Source of the DNA: Candidatus Omnitrophota bacterium
GTDB taxonomy: Bacteria > Omnitrophota > Gorgyraeia > Tantalellales > Tantalellaceae
Direction of reading: 5' to 3'
Assembly (NCBI GenBank): GCA_028715965.1
Contig: JAQUQS010000003.1
Location: 78,494-142,493 of the forward strand
Length of the DNA: 64,000 nt
Shown here: positions 8,682-18,457 of the stretch, piece by piece
Layout of the letters: every line of letters starts with the position of its first letter
Numbering within the stretch: the first letter of the stretch is position 1
The notes under the pieces: model-generated
Told to the model about the DNA's origin: nothing
Seen by the model: only the letters and a program-made list of their open reading frames with translations
The model's database searches: none
Program-made: the position numbers and the translations under genes

Positions 8682-11213
8682 TCATCCTCTCTCCTTCTCG
8701 ATAGGCAGCAGGAAATGGAATACGGATCCCTTCCCAGGTTCCGATTCCGCCCATATCTTACCCCCGTGTCTTTTTATTATTTCCCGGCATATCACCAGGC
8801 CAAGACCCGTACCTCCCGGCTTACGTTCGTTCGGACCTTTCAATTGATGGAAACTCTGGAACAGTTTAGGTATGTCTTCAGGCCTTATTCCCAGGCCCGT
8901 GTCTTCCACCCGCACATGCACGGCGTTGTCCATGATCCCGGACCTGACCTTCACCCCGCCTTCTTCCGTGAATTTTATGGCGTTGTTTATGAGATTCGTT
9001 AGTACCTGCGTGATCTTATCCTTGTCGAACTTGATCTCAGGCAAACCCCCATCGAGTTCCACCCCGAGCTTAAGGCCTTTTTCATTCGACAGAAGGCTCA
9101 TGCTTTCCACCGTTTCGGATATACAATCATTGATGTTATTGGGCCTAAGGTCCATCTCAACCTTATCCAATCCCAGCTTCTGGAAATCCAACACATCGTT
9201 TATAAGCCTCGTAAGCCGATCGGCGTTCCTCGTTATCATCTCAAGAAGCTCCTTTTGCTGCTCATTCACATCCCCGACAAGCCCTTCCAGCAGGATCGAC
9301 GCGCCTTCACGTATCGGCCCAAGAGGCGTCCTGAGTTCATGCGACACCACGGAGATGAAGTCCGATCTGACCTTGAGGGCTTTTATCTTTTCTTCTTCCG
9401 CTTTTTTCCGGTCTGTTATATCAGTATGCGTCCCTATGATCCTGGCTACGCGGCCCTTATCGTCCTTCTCTATGTCTTCCGCACGCGACCTCATCCATCT
9501 CCATTCCCCGTTCTTGGCCCGCATTCTTATTTCCACCGAGAAACTCTCGCTCCTGCCTTCAATAAAATCTTTAAGGGCTTTTTCCTTTTCCGGAACGTCC
9601 TCTGGATGCACAAGCTTCATCCATGTCCCGTAGTCCCGGGGAAGTTCATCGGGCTGGTACCCCAACATCCTGAACCAGGTGGGGCTCAGGTACATCTCTC
9701 CTGACACCAGCGAATAATCCCAGATCCCTTCGTTTATCGAATCGAACACGAACCTCAGGCGGCTCTCGCTCTTTTTAAGGTCCTCTTCCATCTTTTTGCC
9801 CTGCGTAATATCCTCAAAACTCTCGATCCCGCCGATCACGGTGCCATCATGCGTTTTAAGCAGTTCCACGTTCTTGGAAACGGTCCTTTCTTCTCCCTCC
9901 TTCGTGATTATGGTACATATCTCACCCGATATGGGCTTCTGTATATTGTCCAGGAAAAGTCCGCACATTTCACGGCACGGGGACTTGGTGAAAAAAGTGC
10001 ATTTCTTCCCCAACACGTATTCGGCGGGATATCCGGTGATCTCTTCCGCTTTCTTGTTCCAGCTCGTCACGACCCTGTCGTTATCCACGGTGAACACTCC
10101 GCTGGGCACAAGCCTGAACAGGAGTTCCGCTCTTTCCTTTTGGGAGAAGGCCCTGCCCTGCTCGATCCGCAACAGCTCAGCGGATGACATCATCATGTAT
10201 ATCACCGAGGAGAAACCGACGATCACCGAGCAAAGAAGTAACGTGACAGCTATCGCTACCCATCTATATACATATACACGTTCAGCTGAGGCGAAGAAAT
10301 ATACATACCACTCGTCCGGTATGAGTTCCTGTACCAGGAGAAGCCTTGTCTTGCCGGCGAACCTGACAATTGTGTTCCCTTCGGGCTTCTCCTCAAGAAT
10401 GGGCTCGAAAGGGCCCGGGCCGAATTGTTGTGACGAAAGGAGTTCCTGCCGGGCAGGTTCACTGGGCCGCCATAGCGCATGGAACCTCAGCAACGGATCG
10501 CTGGATATGAAAATAACACCGCTTTTGTGGACAAAAAAACAATCCTCGTACCTGCGGATGTGCGCTTGCACATCCACCAGCTCTTTCTTGATCACAGCGA
10601 CCCCGGCTATACCGGAGCTCCCCCGGACAGGGAACGACGCGTAAAACCCCCTTTTACCGGAAGTAACACCTTTACCGAAATAATAACCCGGTTCTCCACT
10701 TATTGCCGTTTTAAAATAAGGCCGGAAAGCGTAATTCTCGCCAACGAAACTGTCGTTATCATGCCTGTTGGAAGACGCTATTACGGTACCATTTGCGTCC
10801 ATGATATAAGCTACCGTATTACTGCCTTCCGGCGCGTATCTATCCAGGGTAAGATCAGCCTTATCTATGTTCTCCGCGTTCTTCTCGATAAGCGCGGCGC
10901 TAATAAAAGGTGATCCTGACAGTATCTTGCCTATGATCCCGGAATTCCCTATACTGTGTTCCATGAAATGTGAAAGGGAAAGCACGCTCAAATAACTTTC
11001 CTCTATGATCATATCCCTGGCGTACCTGCCTGCCTGCACGGCGAAGAAGGTGCCGGCTGACAGGAAAAGAAGGACTATTACGACCGTCACCCACACAAGC
11101 CGGCCCCTGGTCAATACCTTCTCCACTACTGGCCTGATACTCATTCTCCTCCTCCCGGGACCCGCTGACCTATATGACATGGGGTTCTCCACCCCGCATG
11201 TCATATTCCCCAA
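8682..11213 (-). CDS. Sensor histidine kinase with periplasmic Cache-like domain, PAS domains, HisKA and HATPase_c
   Basis: Two TM segments flanking a roughly 270-aa periplasmic region, PAS-like segments, H-box SHELRTPL, N/G1/G2 boxes (NLINNAIKFT, DTGLGI, GGTGLGL). The exact start is ambiguous among N-terminal Mets. Confidence 0.8.
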   Translation of the reverse strand: MGNMTCGVENPMSYRSAGPGRRRMSIRPVVEKVLTRGRLVWVTVVIVLLFLSAGTFFAVQAGRYARDMIIEESYLSVLSLSHFMEHSIGNSGIIGKILSGSPFISAALIEKNAENIDKADLTLDRYAPEGSNTVAYIMDANGTVIASSNRHDNDSFVGENYAFRPYFKTAISGEPGYYFGKGVTSGKRGFYASFPVRGSSGIAGVAVIKKELVDVQAHIRRYEDCFFVHKSGVIFISSDPLLRFHALWRPSEPARQELLSSQQFGPGPFEPILEEKPEGNTIVRFAGKTRLLLVQELIPDEWYVYFFASAERVYVYRWVAIAVTLLLCSVIVGFSSVIYMMMSSAELLRIEQGRAFSQKERAELLFRLVPSGVFTVDNDRVVTSWNKKAEEITGYPAEYVLGKKCTFFTKSPCREMCGLFLDNIQKPISGEICTIITKEGEERTVSKNVELLKTHDGTVIGGIESFEDITQGKKMEEDLKKSESRLRFVFDSINEGIWDYSLVSGEMYLSPTWFRMLGYQPDELPRDYGTWMKLVHPEDVPEKEKALKDFIEGRSESFSVEIRMRAKNGEWRWMRSRAEDIEKDDKGRVARIIGTHTDITDRKKAEEEKIKALKVRSDFISVVSHELRTPLGPIREGASILLEGLVGDVNEQQKELLEMITRNADRLTRLINDVLDFQKLGLDKVEMDLRPNNINDCISETVESMSLLSNEKGLKLGVELDGGLPEIKFDKDKITQVLTNLINNAIKFTEEGGVKVRSGIMDNAVHVRVEDTGLGIRPEDIPKLFQSFHQLKGPNERKPGGTGLGLVICREIIKRHGGKIWAESEPGKGSVFHFLLPIEKERG

Positions 11214-11956
11214 CTCTCCAGGCTTTCAACGAAAGAGTTCCCGGCGACACGTGGGTCATAAAAATTGTTCACGCCGCTTTTCTTCCACAATATCCTTAAC
11301 GCGTCTATCTTCAGCGTATCATTGTCTTCCGTCCCCCGGGCCGAAGGATCGGAATAAAGCACCACGAACGGTGTATTGTTCTTGAAACCATCTATCTTTA
11401 CAAGCGTTTCCGCCGGGACGCCATTTACGCACGCCAGATGCAACGCCAGGCAGGAAAAACGTTCTTTCCTGCCCTTCTCGAAAAATTCACGCTCATCCTG
11501 GGCCCGGCATACACGGTATCCGGCCTTCAAGAACCCCGTTGATACCCTTTCGAGCACAGCGTCGTCATCGGTAAGGATAAGAACCCTGTCAGCGGTAACG
11601 GTATCAACATTTTCCAGCAGCTCTCTGGTATCCAGGGGTTTTACCATGAACCCGTCCGCTTCAAGGGCGTCAAAAGTGCTCTTCATGCCGCTCCTGGCCG
11701 TAACGAGTATTATAGGTATGTTCCTGACGACCGGATCGACCCGGGCCTCTTTGAAGAACTCATATCCGTCCATAACAGGCATAACGATATCCAGCAAAAC
11801 AAGGTCAGGCTTTTCCTTTTTCAGTTTTTCCAGCCCCTCATTCCCGTCGACCGCCTTTATCACCTCATGTCCGGCGCCCTCCAGCCCCGCCTGTATCCCG
11901 AGGAGGCTCACGGCCTCGTCCTCTACCACAAGTATCTTCTTTTTCTTCTTTTTCAT
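11201..11956 (-). CDS. Response regulator with receiver domain plus degenerate (pseudo-)receiver C-terminal domain
   Basis: ILVVEDE, D in LVLLDIVMPVMDG, ILVTAR, K; the C-terminal 120 aa is REC-like (VLILTDDD...) but lacks the acceptor Asp. Paralogue of the next gene. Confidence 0.7.
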   Translation of the reverse strand: MKKKKKKILVVEDEAVSLLGIQAGLEGAGHEVIKAVDGNEGLEKLKKEKPDLVLLDIVMPVMDGYEFFKEARVDPVVRNIPIILVTARSGMKSTFDALEADGFMVKPLDTRELLENVDTVTADRVLILTDDDAVLERVSTGFLKAGYRVCRAQDEREFFEKGRKERFSCLALHLACVNGVPAETLVKIDGFKNNTPFVVLYSDPSARGTEDNDTLKIDALRILWKKSGVNNFYDPRVAGNSFVESLESWGI

Positions 11957-11975
11957 AAAACGTCCTTCTTCTCCC

Positions 11976-12728
11976 TCATCTCAACCAGGACCTGGCCGCC
12001 TGCGCGAACTCCTGGCCCGCAAGTCTTCTGTCATAGAAATTCGGTAATCCGTTCTTCTTCCATTTTATACGTAAAGTGTCTATCTTCACCATATCGTTAT
12101 CCTCAACACCTTTCACGGATTGGTCGGAATAAACAACAACGAACGGCTTGGCGCACTTTAAGGTCTTTATCCTTTCCGCGAATTCAGACGGTGAGATCGA
12201 GATATCCGCGAGATGTACAGCCAGCACCTTGAACTTTTCCTTTTTCGCCCGTTCAAAAAGATCTTCCTCGCTCTTGGCCGTCTCACATGTATATCCCGAT
12301 GACAAGAACGCTTTTCTGACACTCTCCTCTACGGTATCGTCACTGGAAAGGATAACGGCCCTGTCCTGAAGTTCATGTTTTATCTTGTCTGACAGCCGGT
12401 TGAAATCTACCGGTTTTGAGAAAAACCCTTCCGCGTTAAGGGCCTCAAAACAACTTTTCATGCCGCTCCTGGCGGTGAGCATGATTATGGGGATGTCGCT
12501 CACCCTCGGATCGGTCCGGGCCTTCTTGAAGAACTCATACCCGTCCATCCCAGGCATCATTATGTCAAGGATCACAAGGTCTGGACGCTCCGACCTCATC
12601 ATATTAAGGCCTGCCTGCCCGTCAGAACTCATGACCACTTCATATCCGGCTGACTGCAATCTTACGCGCATGATCTCCTGCAGGTCCGGCTCATCGTCCA
12701 CCACCAATATCTTTTTCCTGAAACCCAT
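11976..12728 (-). CDS. Response regulator with receiver plus pseudo-receiver domain (tandem paralogue)
   Basis: ILVVDDE, LVILDIMMPGMDG, IMLTAR; collinear with the 11201..11956 product over its whole length, including the C-terminal KIDTLRIKWKKNGLPNFYD segment. Confidence 0.7.
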   Translation of the reverse strand: MGFRKKILVVDDEPDLQEIMRVRLQSAGYEVVMSSDGQAGLNMMRSERPDLVILDIMMPGMDGYEFFKKARTDPRVSDIPIIMLTARSGMKSCFEALNAEGFFSKPVDFNRLSDKIKHELQDRAVILSSDDTVEESVRKAFLSSGYTCETAKSEEDLFERAKKEKFKVLAVHLADISISPSEFAERIKTLKCAKPFVVVYSDQSVKGVEDNDMVKIDTLRIKWKKNGLPNFYDRRLAGQEFAQAARSWLR

Positions 12729-12753
12729 TTTCCCGTCCCCCTTCCGGACATCC

Positions 12754-14118
12754 TTATTGCTTGTCGCTTCCACCGAAAAGCGCCTTCAACGAGTTCACCG
12801 CCTGCGTGACATCCTCCCTCTCCCCCGGGGCCCCTCCCGCCTGGGCTCCTTCCTCCGGGGTGTCTTTCCTTATAAGTCCGGTAAGGGCTTTCATTCCCTG
12901 TTCTTTAAGGTTGTTCGCGATATCGGCGATATATGGCTCGGCTACTTTTTTAAGCGTATCCTCAAGGCCGCTGAATTTAGGGTCTGTTACCGTCCCCCCT
13001 ATGTTGATCTTTATCTCAAGCGGGTCCACACGATCAAGCGCTTCGCATAATACGGGCATAGGAGCGAACCCCACCGAAACACTGCTTCCCGATTTCGGCT
13101 CGAGATCCTGGCCCCTGAGCACAAGCCTGTTCACCGAATCTATCGCGTCATTGGTTATAATGGTCCGTGAATCCATGTCCAGTTGACCCTTGCGAACTTC
13201 AACAGGCAAAGAATCGCTGTAAATAAAACCCAGAGAAGGCATGTTTATGTTCTTAGCTACGATATCGGCCCTGCTCACAAGATCATTTCCCCTGAAACCC
13301 TGTTCATAACTGACCGTGAAGCGGCCGGCGTCTTTTCCTGCGTCCATAACGCGTCCACCCATGCTTACGCTGTCCACTTTAGCTCCCCTATCCGGATCGA
13401 CCGCTATGCCGTTCATCCTGACATGCGCGTCCACTATATCAACGGTCCGTCCGGGCGCCGCTTCCGCTTTCACTATAAGCCCGTTTATGGACATCTTCCG
13501 TATCTCAAAAAGGTACCCGCTTCTTATCGTTTTAAAATACACTATCCTTCCCCTCGGAAGCTCTTTCACTTCTCGGGTTATTTTCCCCGCTTTCTTTTTT
13601 TCTTCCCTGGCCTTTTCCACACCCTCCCTGGAGCTCCGGGAGCTTATTATCTGGTATATGCTGGAGAACCAGTCCTTTTTCGCGCCAAGTCCACCGGGCA
13701 AGGATATGCCTTTTCCTTTGCCTGCCGCCTCTTTAGGGGCTATTTTTTCTACATTAAAACTCCCGTCCGATTGTTTTTTAAGGTCGAGCTCCGCTCCGTT
13801 CACATTGACGCTTGAGATCACGATCCGCTTGGAAAGAAGCCCGACAAAGCTTATCCTGGCCGAGGCTTTTTGTATAGCTACCATCCTTTCTTTCCCTTCC
13901 GGGTCAAAAACCTTGAGGCCTTTCAACGACATAGAGAGCGTAACGGGCCAGACATTCACCTTCTCCACGGTTATTTTCGACCCGCTGGCACTGTTGAGCT
14001 TATCCACGATAACGGAACTTAACATAGGCGTAAGCACGAGGCCGGATACAAGCTGCACACCAAGTAATATGCCCACGAACACCACAATACCTTTAAGGTT
14101 GATGAATTTTATGTTCAT
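12754..14118 (-). CDS. AsmA-like / DUF748-type envelope protein (TIGR03545-like)
   Basis: N-terminal signal-anchor, then AsmA-like KITVEKVNV...ISSVNVNGAELDLKK segment; followed by a DUF2062-type partner gene. Confidence 0.45.
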   Translation of the reverse strand: MNIKFINLKGIVVFVGILLGVQLVSGLVLTPMLSSVIVDKLNSASGSKITVEKVNVWPVTLSMSLKGLKVFDPEGKERMVAIQKASARISFVGLLSKRIVISSVNVNGAELDLKKQSDGSFNVEKIAPKEAAGKGKGISLPGGLGAKKDWFSSIYQIISSRSSREGVEKAREEKKKAGKITREVKELPRGRIVYFKTIRSGYLFEIRKMSINGLIVKAEAAPGRTVDIVDAHVRMNGIAVDPDRGAKVDSVSMGGRVMDAGKDAGRFTVSYEQGFRGNDLVSRADIVAKNINMPSLGFIYSDSLPVEVRKGQLDMDSRTIITNDAIDSVNRLVLRGQDLEPKSGSSVSVGFAPMPVLCEALDRVDPLEIKINIGGTVTDPKFSGLEDTLKKVAEPYIADIANNLKEQGMKALTGLIRKDTPEEGAQAGGAPGEREDVTQAVNSLKALFGGSDKQ

Positions 14119-14657
14119 GCCGCACCGCCCTTCATTTTCGCGATAAGGGAAGATATTTTCCCGATCAGAGGTATCTTTTTCATAAAAGCGGCTATCTTCG
14201 ACCCCTTTATCTTGTCCGCGTATTTCTCACGTATGACCACTACCCCTTTTACGGAAGCGAAATATAACGGCACAGCCAGTATGGCGGATACTACAAGTCC
14301 GCCCGTTATCAGGGTATTGTTGAGCCCCAAGTACGCTATGACCGGCAGGCCCGTGACCACTTTCCAGAAAAAAGTAAGCGGCTGTATATCTATGAGCAGC
14401 AGCCCTCCCACCATATCGGCCAGGCCGCTCAAACCCAGTACATAGAGCAATTTGAAAAAAGGCAGGGATAACATGGCGGAAAGCCTGTTCACCTTGAAAA
14501 CAAGAAAACATATGAAAAGAAGTATCGCCATGGGTCCATTAAGTGGCGTAAAGCCCATGAATAAACCCAGGCAGATGCCCGCGGCCACTTCCGACGGGGC
14601 CACATTGGCTTCCAGAAGTTTTATGATCCTGGAAGGGAGTGAAATTATCGGGATCAT
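14115..14657 (-). CDS. DUF2062 / TIGR03546-like small membrane protein
   Basis: 180 aa, four TM helices, GLFMGFTPLNG motif; 4-nt overlap with the upstream AsmA-like gene. Confidence 0.5.
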   Translation of the reverse strand: MIPIISLPSRIIKLLEANVAPSEVAAGICLGLFMGFTPLNGPMAILLFICFLVFKVNRLSAMLSLPFFKLLYVLGLSGLADMVGGLLLIDIQPLTFFWKVVTGLPVIAYLGLNNTLITGGLVVSAILAVPLYFASVKGVVVIREKYADKIKGSKIAAFMKKIPLIGKISSLIAKMKGGAA

Positions 14658-14852
14658 TTGACCCTCCTCTCATTGATAACGCGTAATTCATCATCCCCGG
14701 ACACGGATATTATTTTTATTATAATACACACAGCTGGGGGAAACAACGTCCAAGTTTGTCAGGCAAAAAAAGGGATAATATGTGCTATTTAAGAACGAAC
14801 AAGCCCCACCCTATCGCGTGGTGGGGCTTGTTCGGAATTCAGGGACCTACTC

Positions 14853-15617
14853 TTATTTCTTCGGCATGGGCTTAAAACACATGAACCAGTCCAGGCACTT
14901 AATTCCTTCCTTATCGGCGTTATCGACCCTGTCCTTGGCGGTTCCGCAGCTTCCCGGAGGGGGAACTATGACATCATCCCCGGGAGTCCAATCCGCCGGA
15001 GTCGCGACCTTGAACTCATCCGTGGTCTGGAGCGCGATAAGCAACCGCTTGATCTCCTGGAAATTCCTGCCGTTCGATAGGGGATAATACAACAAAGCCC
15101 TTATCTTTGAATCCGGATCGATGAAAAAGACCGCCCTCACCGCCTGGGTATCGCTGGCCGTAGGCTGCACCATACCGTACTTTTTGGCAACGTTCATTTT
15201 TATGTCCTCTATGAGAGGGAACATGACAGCGACATTTTTCATTCCTTTGTATTCTATCCTGTCCTGTATGGTCCTGAGCCAGGCTATATGGCTGTATATG
15301 CTGTCTATGGAAAGTCCTATGAGCTTGCAGTTAAGAGCATTGAACTCTTTTTCCATGGAAGCGAAGGTCATGAATTCCGTAGTGCAGACCGGGGTAAAAT
15401 CAGCCGGATGGCTGAAAAGGATGACCCAGCTGCCCTTATAATCCTCCGGGAAATTTATGACCCCCTGCGTGGTCTTCGCGGTAAAAGCCGGGGCCATTTC
15501 TCCTATCAAGGGTATACGCACCTCTTCTTCCACGCATTCTTCACCCGCGTTAACACCTGTTACAGCCAGACCGGCTATCAGAACAAGAACTGCCGTGCCC
15601 ATAAAAAAACGTCTCAT
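14853..15617 (-). CDS. Secreted peroxiredoxin (Prx6 / 1-Cys-like thiol peroxidase) with signal peptide
   Basis: Signal peptide MRRFFMGTAVLVLIAGLAVTGVNA; peroxidatic motif FTPVCTTEF. Confidence 0.8.
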   Translation of the reverse strand: MRRFFMGTAVLVLIAGLAVTGVNAGEECVEEEVRIPLIGEMAPAFTAKTTQGVINFPEDYKGSWVILFSHPADFTPVCTTEFMTFASMEKEFNALNCKLIGLSIDSIYSHIAWLRTIQDRIEYKGMKNVAVMFPLIEDIKMNVAKKYGMVQPTASDTQAVRAVFFIDPDSKIRALLYYPLSNGRNFQEIKRLLIALQTTDEFKVATPADWTPGDDVIVPPPGSCGTAKDRVDNADKEGIKCLDWFMCFKPMPKK

Positions 15618-16100
15618 AACCCACCTCCCGTTAATCTACACACAGGTCTATCCGTCTTTCACTACTATGGGATATTATACACCCGGACATCCTCCGCTCA
15701 TATACAATAATCCGGGATATAGGTGTCCTTCTCCCTGCGATCATCACATATCGGATATCTTTCAGTGGACCATGGCACGTGCACAGTCCCGCCATTCCGA
15801 ATATCCCACTTGCAAGGATCCGGTTTGTGCGCCCTGCCCTTTCCACAACGCCCGCACAAGACCCCCGAACACAGGCACGAGACCTTACGGCCATTATGTT
15901 TGCCGCGTTCTTCCCCGCATTCGCGGCATGCTACTGATCCCTTCCCTCTTCTTCCCTCTACCATTTTCTCTCCTTTTCCGCCGAGAAAGGACCCCTGGCA
16001 TATCAGCTCGTAATACCATGAAATCCCCCGGCTTTTTAGCACCTTGTTACGGCGGCTGCAATACACCCCAAATCATCCCGCCAGAGCACATGTACACACA

Positions 16101-16130
16101 AATAAAAAAACCCGCGCTGAAAGCGCGGGT
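16101..16130 (-). terminator. Rho-independent terminator after the LTxxQ gene
   Basis: CCCGCGC-tgaaa-GCGCGGG stem preceded on the plus strand by AATAAAAAAA, which is a T-tail on the minus strand. Confidence 0.6.
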
Positions 16131-16379
16131 CTCTTGATACCACATCTCGGCGCTTTAGCACATTTATATAGCGGAGCAAGTAACCTTCTTAAATCACCGC
16201 TAATGTTATTATACGATACTCCGCCCCATATCGCAATACCTCTTCCTGTTCCCACAGGTCATAATGCGACCTGCGCGGCGCTGGATCGATCCCCTTGATA
16301 CTCTCATTTCACGAGAGACAAAAAAAGACCGCGACATGTTCCGTCGCGGTCCATTTTCGATATTGTCGCGTCTTGAATA

Positions 16380-16934
16380 TTACTCGCCATTTTCAGGGGG
16401 ATCCTCAAATGCCGGACCCATGCCTTCTTCCATCCCAGGTCCCATGCCATGTCCGGGACCCATACCGTGTCCGGGCCCATGTCCTTTCATTCTTTCTTTC
16501 CACATTCGTTTGCGTTCGGCCATGTCCTTTTCCATCTTCTCCCTGAGCTTCTGGTCCTGTTCGGGCGTAAGTATCTTTTTCATGCTCAGTATGCCGTTGA
16601 CCTTCATTTCGGCCTGGGCCTTAAAAACAGACGACATCTCGTCAATGATCGCCTTGAGCCTGCCTTCATCCGGAGCTGGTTTATCCAGTTCCTCCTTGAG
16701 CGCCTCCCTTTTCGCCTTCATACTTTCCCTGAGATCCTCGTTCCTTTCCCTATCCGCTTCACGCAGTTTTTTTATTTCTTCGTGTTGTTCCGGCGTTATC
16801 CCCAGCTCATCCATGACCTGTTGTATCCGAGCTTCCGCCTGTTCCCGATATTCGGGGGGCGCCCCACCATCTGCCGCGGACGGACCCGCCGCCAAAGTGA
16901 ACGCGGCCAGAAGAACTACTATACTTGTTGCCAT
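16380..16934 (-). CDS. Periplasmic LTxxQ-motif protein (Spy/CpxP/ZraP family) with C-terminal His/Met-rich repeat
   Basis: Signal peptide; two LTxxQ-type motifs (ITPEQHEEI, LTPEQDQKL); tail GHGPGHGMGPGHGMGPGMEEGMGP. Confidence 0.6.
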   Translation of the reverse strand: MATSIVVLLAAFTLAAGPSAADGGAPPEYREQAEARIQQVMDELGITPEQHEEIKKLREADRERNEDLRESMKAKREALKEELDKPAPDEGRLKAIIDEMSSVFKAQAEMKVNGILSMKKILTPEQDQKLREKMEKDMAERKRMWKERMKGHGPGHGMGPGHGMGPGMEEGMGPAFEDPPENGE

Positions 16935-17044
16935 GGCATATATCCTTGTTCTATTCATGATAGCCTCCTATTCTTTCCTACTTATAACTTCTCTTCGGCG
17001 CCTTCATATAAAATAACGGCAGTTATCCCCGCAAAGTTCCATAT

Positions 17045-17521
17045 TTACAGGAAAAACTCTTCGATACTGGTCCCCAGTCCGGACATGCTCGCCTCACCGT
17101 TCTCGGCCGACAAAAGGTACCGTATCTGTTCCTTTACGTAATTCTCGTTAAGACTGCGTTCATAAGCCCGGTAATACCCCATACTCGTAATGGCCAGGAT
17201 AAGCAGGGCCGCGCCCGCGATAGCCGGTAGGGGTTTGAGCGCCCGGAAAGACCTGGCCAGGACATCCATTAATGCCACTATGCCTATCCTGTCATCACTT
17301 GCGCTGACCTGGACCTGTATTTTGTCCCATACTCGGTCCGGAGGACTTATCGATCTTTTCGCGCCGGAAAGGACCGCGAACACCTGTTCGACGCTCAAGT
17401 GGAACTGGCGACACTCGGGACATTCCCTTAGGTGAGAATGTACGCGTTCCTTTTCTTGTTCCCCTAACCCGTTATCCTTGTATCCCTCGGAAAGTATCCG
17501 GCGCACATCATCGCACTTCAT
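17045..17521 (-). CDS. Anti-sigma factor (zinc-finger type, single TM)
   Basis: H-x3-C-x2-C motif (HLRECPECRQFH), one TM helix, 14-nt overlap with the upstream ECF sigma gene. Confidence 0.6.
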   Translation of the reverse strand: MKCDDVRRILSEGYKDNGLGEQEKERVHSHLRECPECRQFHLSVEQVFAVLSGAKRSISPPDRVWDKIQVQVSASDDRIGIVALMDVLARSFRALKPLPAIAGAALLILAITSMGYYRAYERSLNENYVKEQIRYLLSAENGEASMSGLGTSIEEFFL

Positions 17522-18071
17522 GATACGCCTCCTTTTTTACACGTAAGGCCATGGCTTCCCTGGCCCTTTTAAGCCTTGTTCGGACGGTATTGAGTTTCAC
17601 GTCCAGCGCCTGTGCCACTTCCTCATAAGATAACCCCTCGATGTCCCTCAAGACCACGCATGCCCGCTGGTCCGGACTAAGCACAGCAAGCAGTCTTTCC
17701 ACTTTCCCAGAGGTCTCGGCGTCATCATGTATCTTCTCCAGTTCCGGGGCATACCCCAGGCGCTCTTCGGCCTGTTCCATATTCACGAACATCCCTCTCG
17801 ACCTCTTTCTTTTCCTATAACAGCTTATAGCCGCGTTAACCGTTATCCTGTATACCCAGGCCCCGAACTTGGTGCCTTCCCTGAAATTGCCCAGGTTCTT
17901 ATACATGCTCACGAACACGTCCTGCGTGACTTCCTCGGCATCCATACGGCTAAATGTTATCCTGTAACTTATGGCGTATACCGAACCTGACAGCCTCCTG
18001 TATATCTCCTCAAAAGACCGCATATCCCCGCGCAGGGTATCCCTGATAAGTTCATAAGGTATGTCTTTCAT
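17508..18071 (-). CDS. ECF-family RNA polymerase sigma-70 factor
   Basis: Region 2 (EEVTQDVFVSMYKNLGNF, AWVYRITVNAAI) and region 4 (LSYEEVAQALDVKLNTVRTRLKRAREAM). Confidence 0.85.
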   Translation of the reverse strand: MKDIPYELIRDTLRGDMRSFEEIYRRLSGSVYAISYRITFSRMDAEEVTQDVFVSMYKNLGNFREGTKFGAWVYRITVNAAISCYRKRKRSRGMFVNMEQAEERLGYAPELEKIHDDAETSGKVERLLAVLSPDQRACVVLRDIEGLSYEEVAQALDVKLNTVRTRLKRAREAMALRVKKEAYHEVR

Positions 18072-18118
18072 GTGCACCTGTTATATATAACGTCCCGGGC
18101 CCGGTAAAAGTTCCGTTT

Positions 18119-18436
18119 TTACACGACGAGGTCCCATACGGTGGTCTCAGGCATTCCCTCGATCTCTTTCCCGTGGGTCCTGGTAAAATGCGTTATATGG
18201 GACGGTTCCTTATCATCCACCATCTCCTTCATGCTTTCCCAGACTTCATATGTCATCAGGAGATCCATATCCGTGGAATGTCTATGTATAGAATAGTTTA
18301 TGCACCCTTCTTTGGACCGCAGTGGGGACATCATCTTGATAAGTTCTTTTTCAAGCCATTCCCTCATTCCTCTTTTTGCCCTGATCCTCGTAACTACAGC
18401 GACCTTGTTTTCCAGAAACGCCATGATATCCTCCAT
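18119..18436 (-). CDS. ABM-domain (antibiotic biosynthesis monooxygenase-like) protein
   Basis: About 100 aa with the ferredoxin-like ABM pattern (LMTYEVWESMKEMVD... HITHF). Confidence 0.55.
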   Translation of the reverse strand: MEDIMAFLENKVAVVTRIRAKRGMREWLEKELIKMMSPLRSKEGCINYSIHRHSTDMDLLMTYEVWESMKEMVDDKEPSHITHFTRTHGKEIEGMPETTVWDLVV

Positions 18437-18457
18437 GTCCGCCTAAAGGCTCGGTGA

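Noticed and set aside
8872-10913. Long plus-strand ORFs (8872..9633, 9796..10644, 10479..10913) inside the histidine kinase region
   Set aside because: They are antisense to a well-supported 843-aa sensor kinase, with compositionally biased translations and no motifs.
15698-16066. Cys-rich 122-aa minus-strand ORF between the LTxxQ-gene terminator and the peroxiredoxin gene
   Set aside because: Low-complexity Gly/Arg/Cys-rich translation with no recognisable zinc-ribbon spacing. It could be a real small protein but I cannot support it; the region more likely holds the peroxiredoxin promoter.
16264-17141. Plus-strand ORFs 16264..17016 (250 aa) and 16449..17141 (230 aa)
   Set aside because: Antisense to the LTxxQ periplasmic protein gene; Pro/Ser/Cys-rich low-complexity products.
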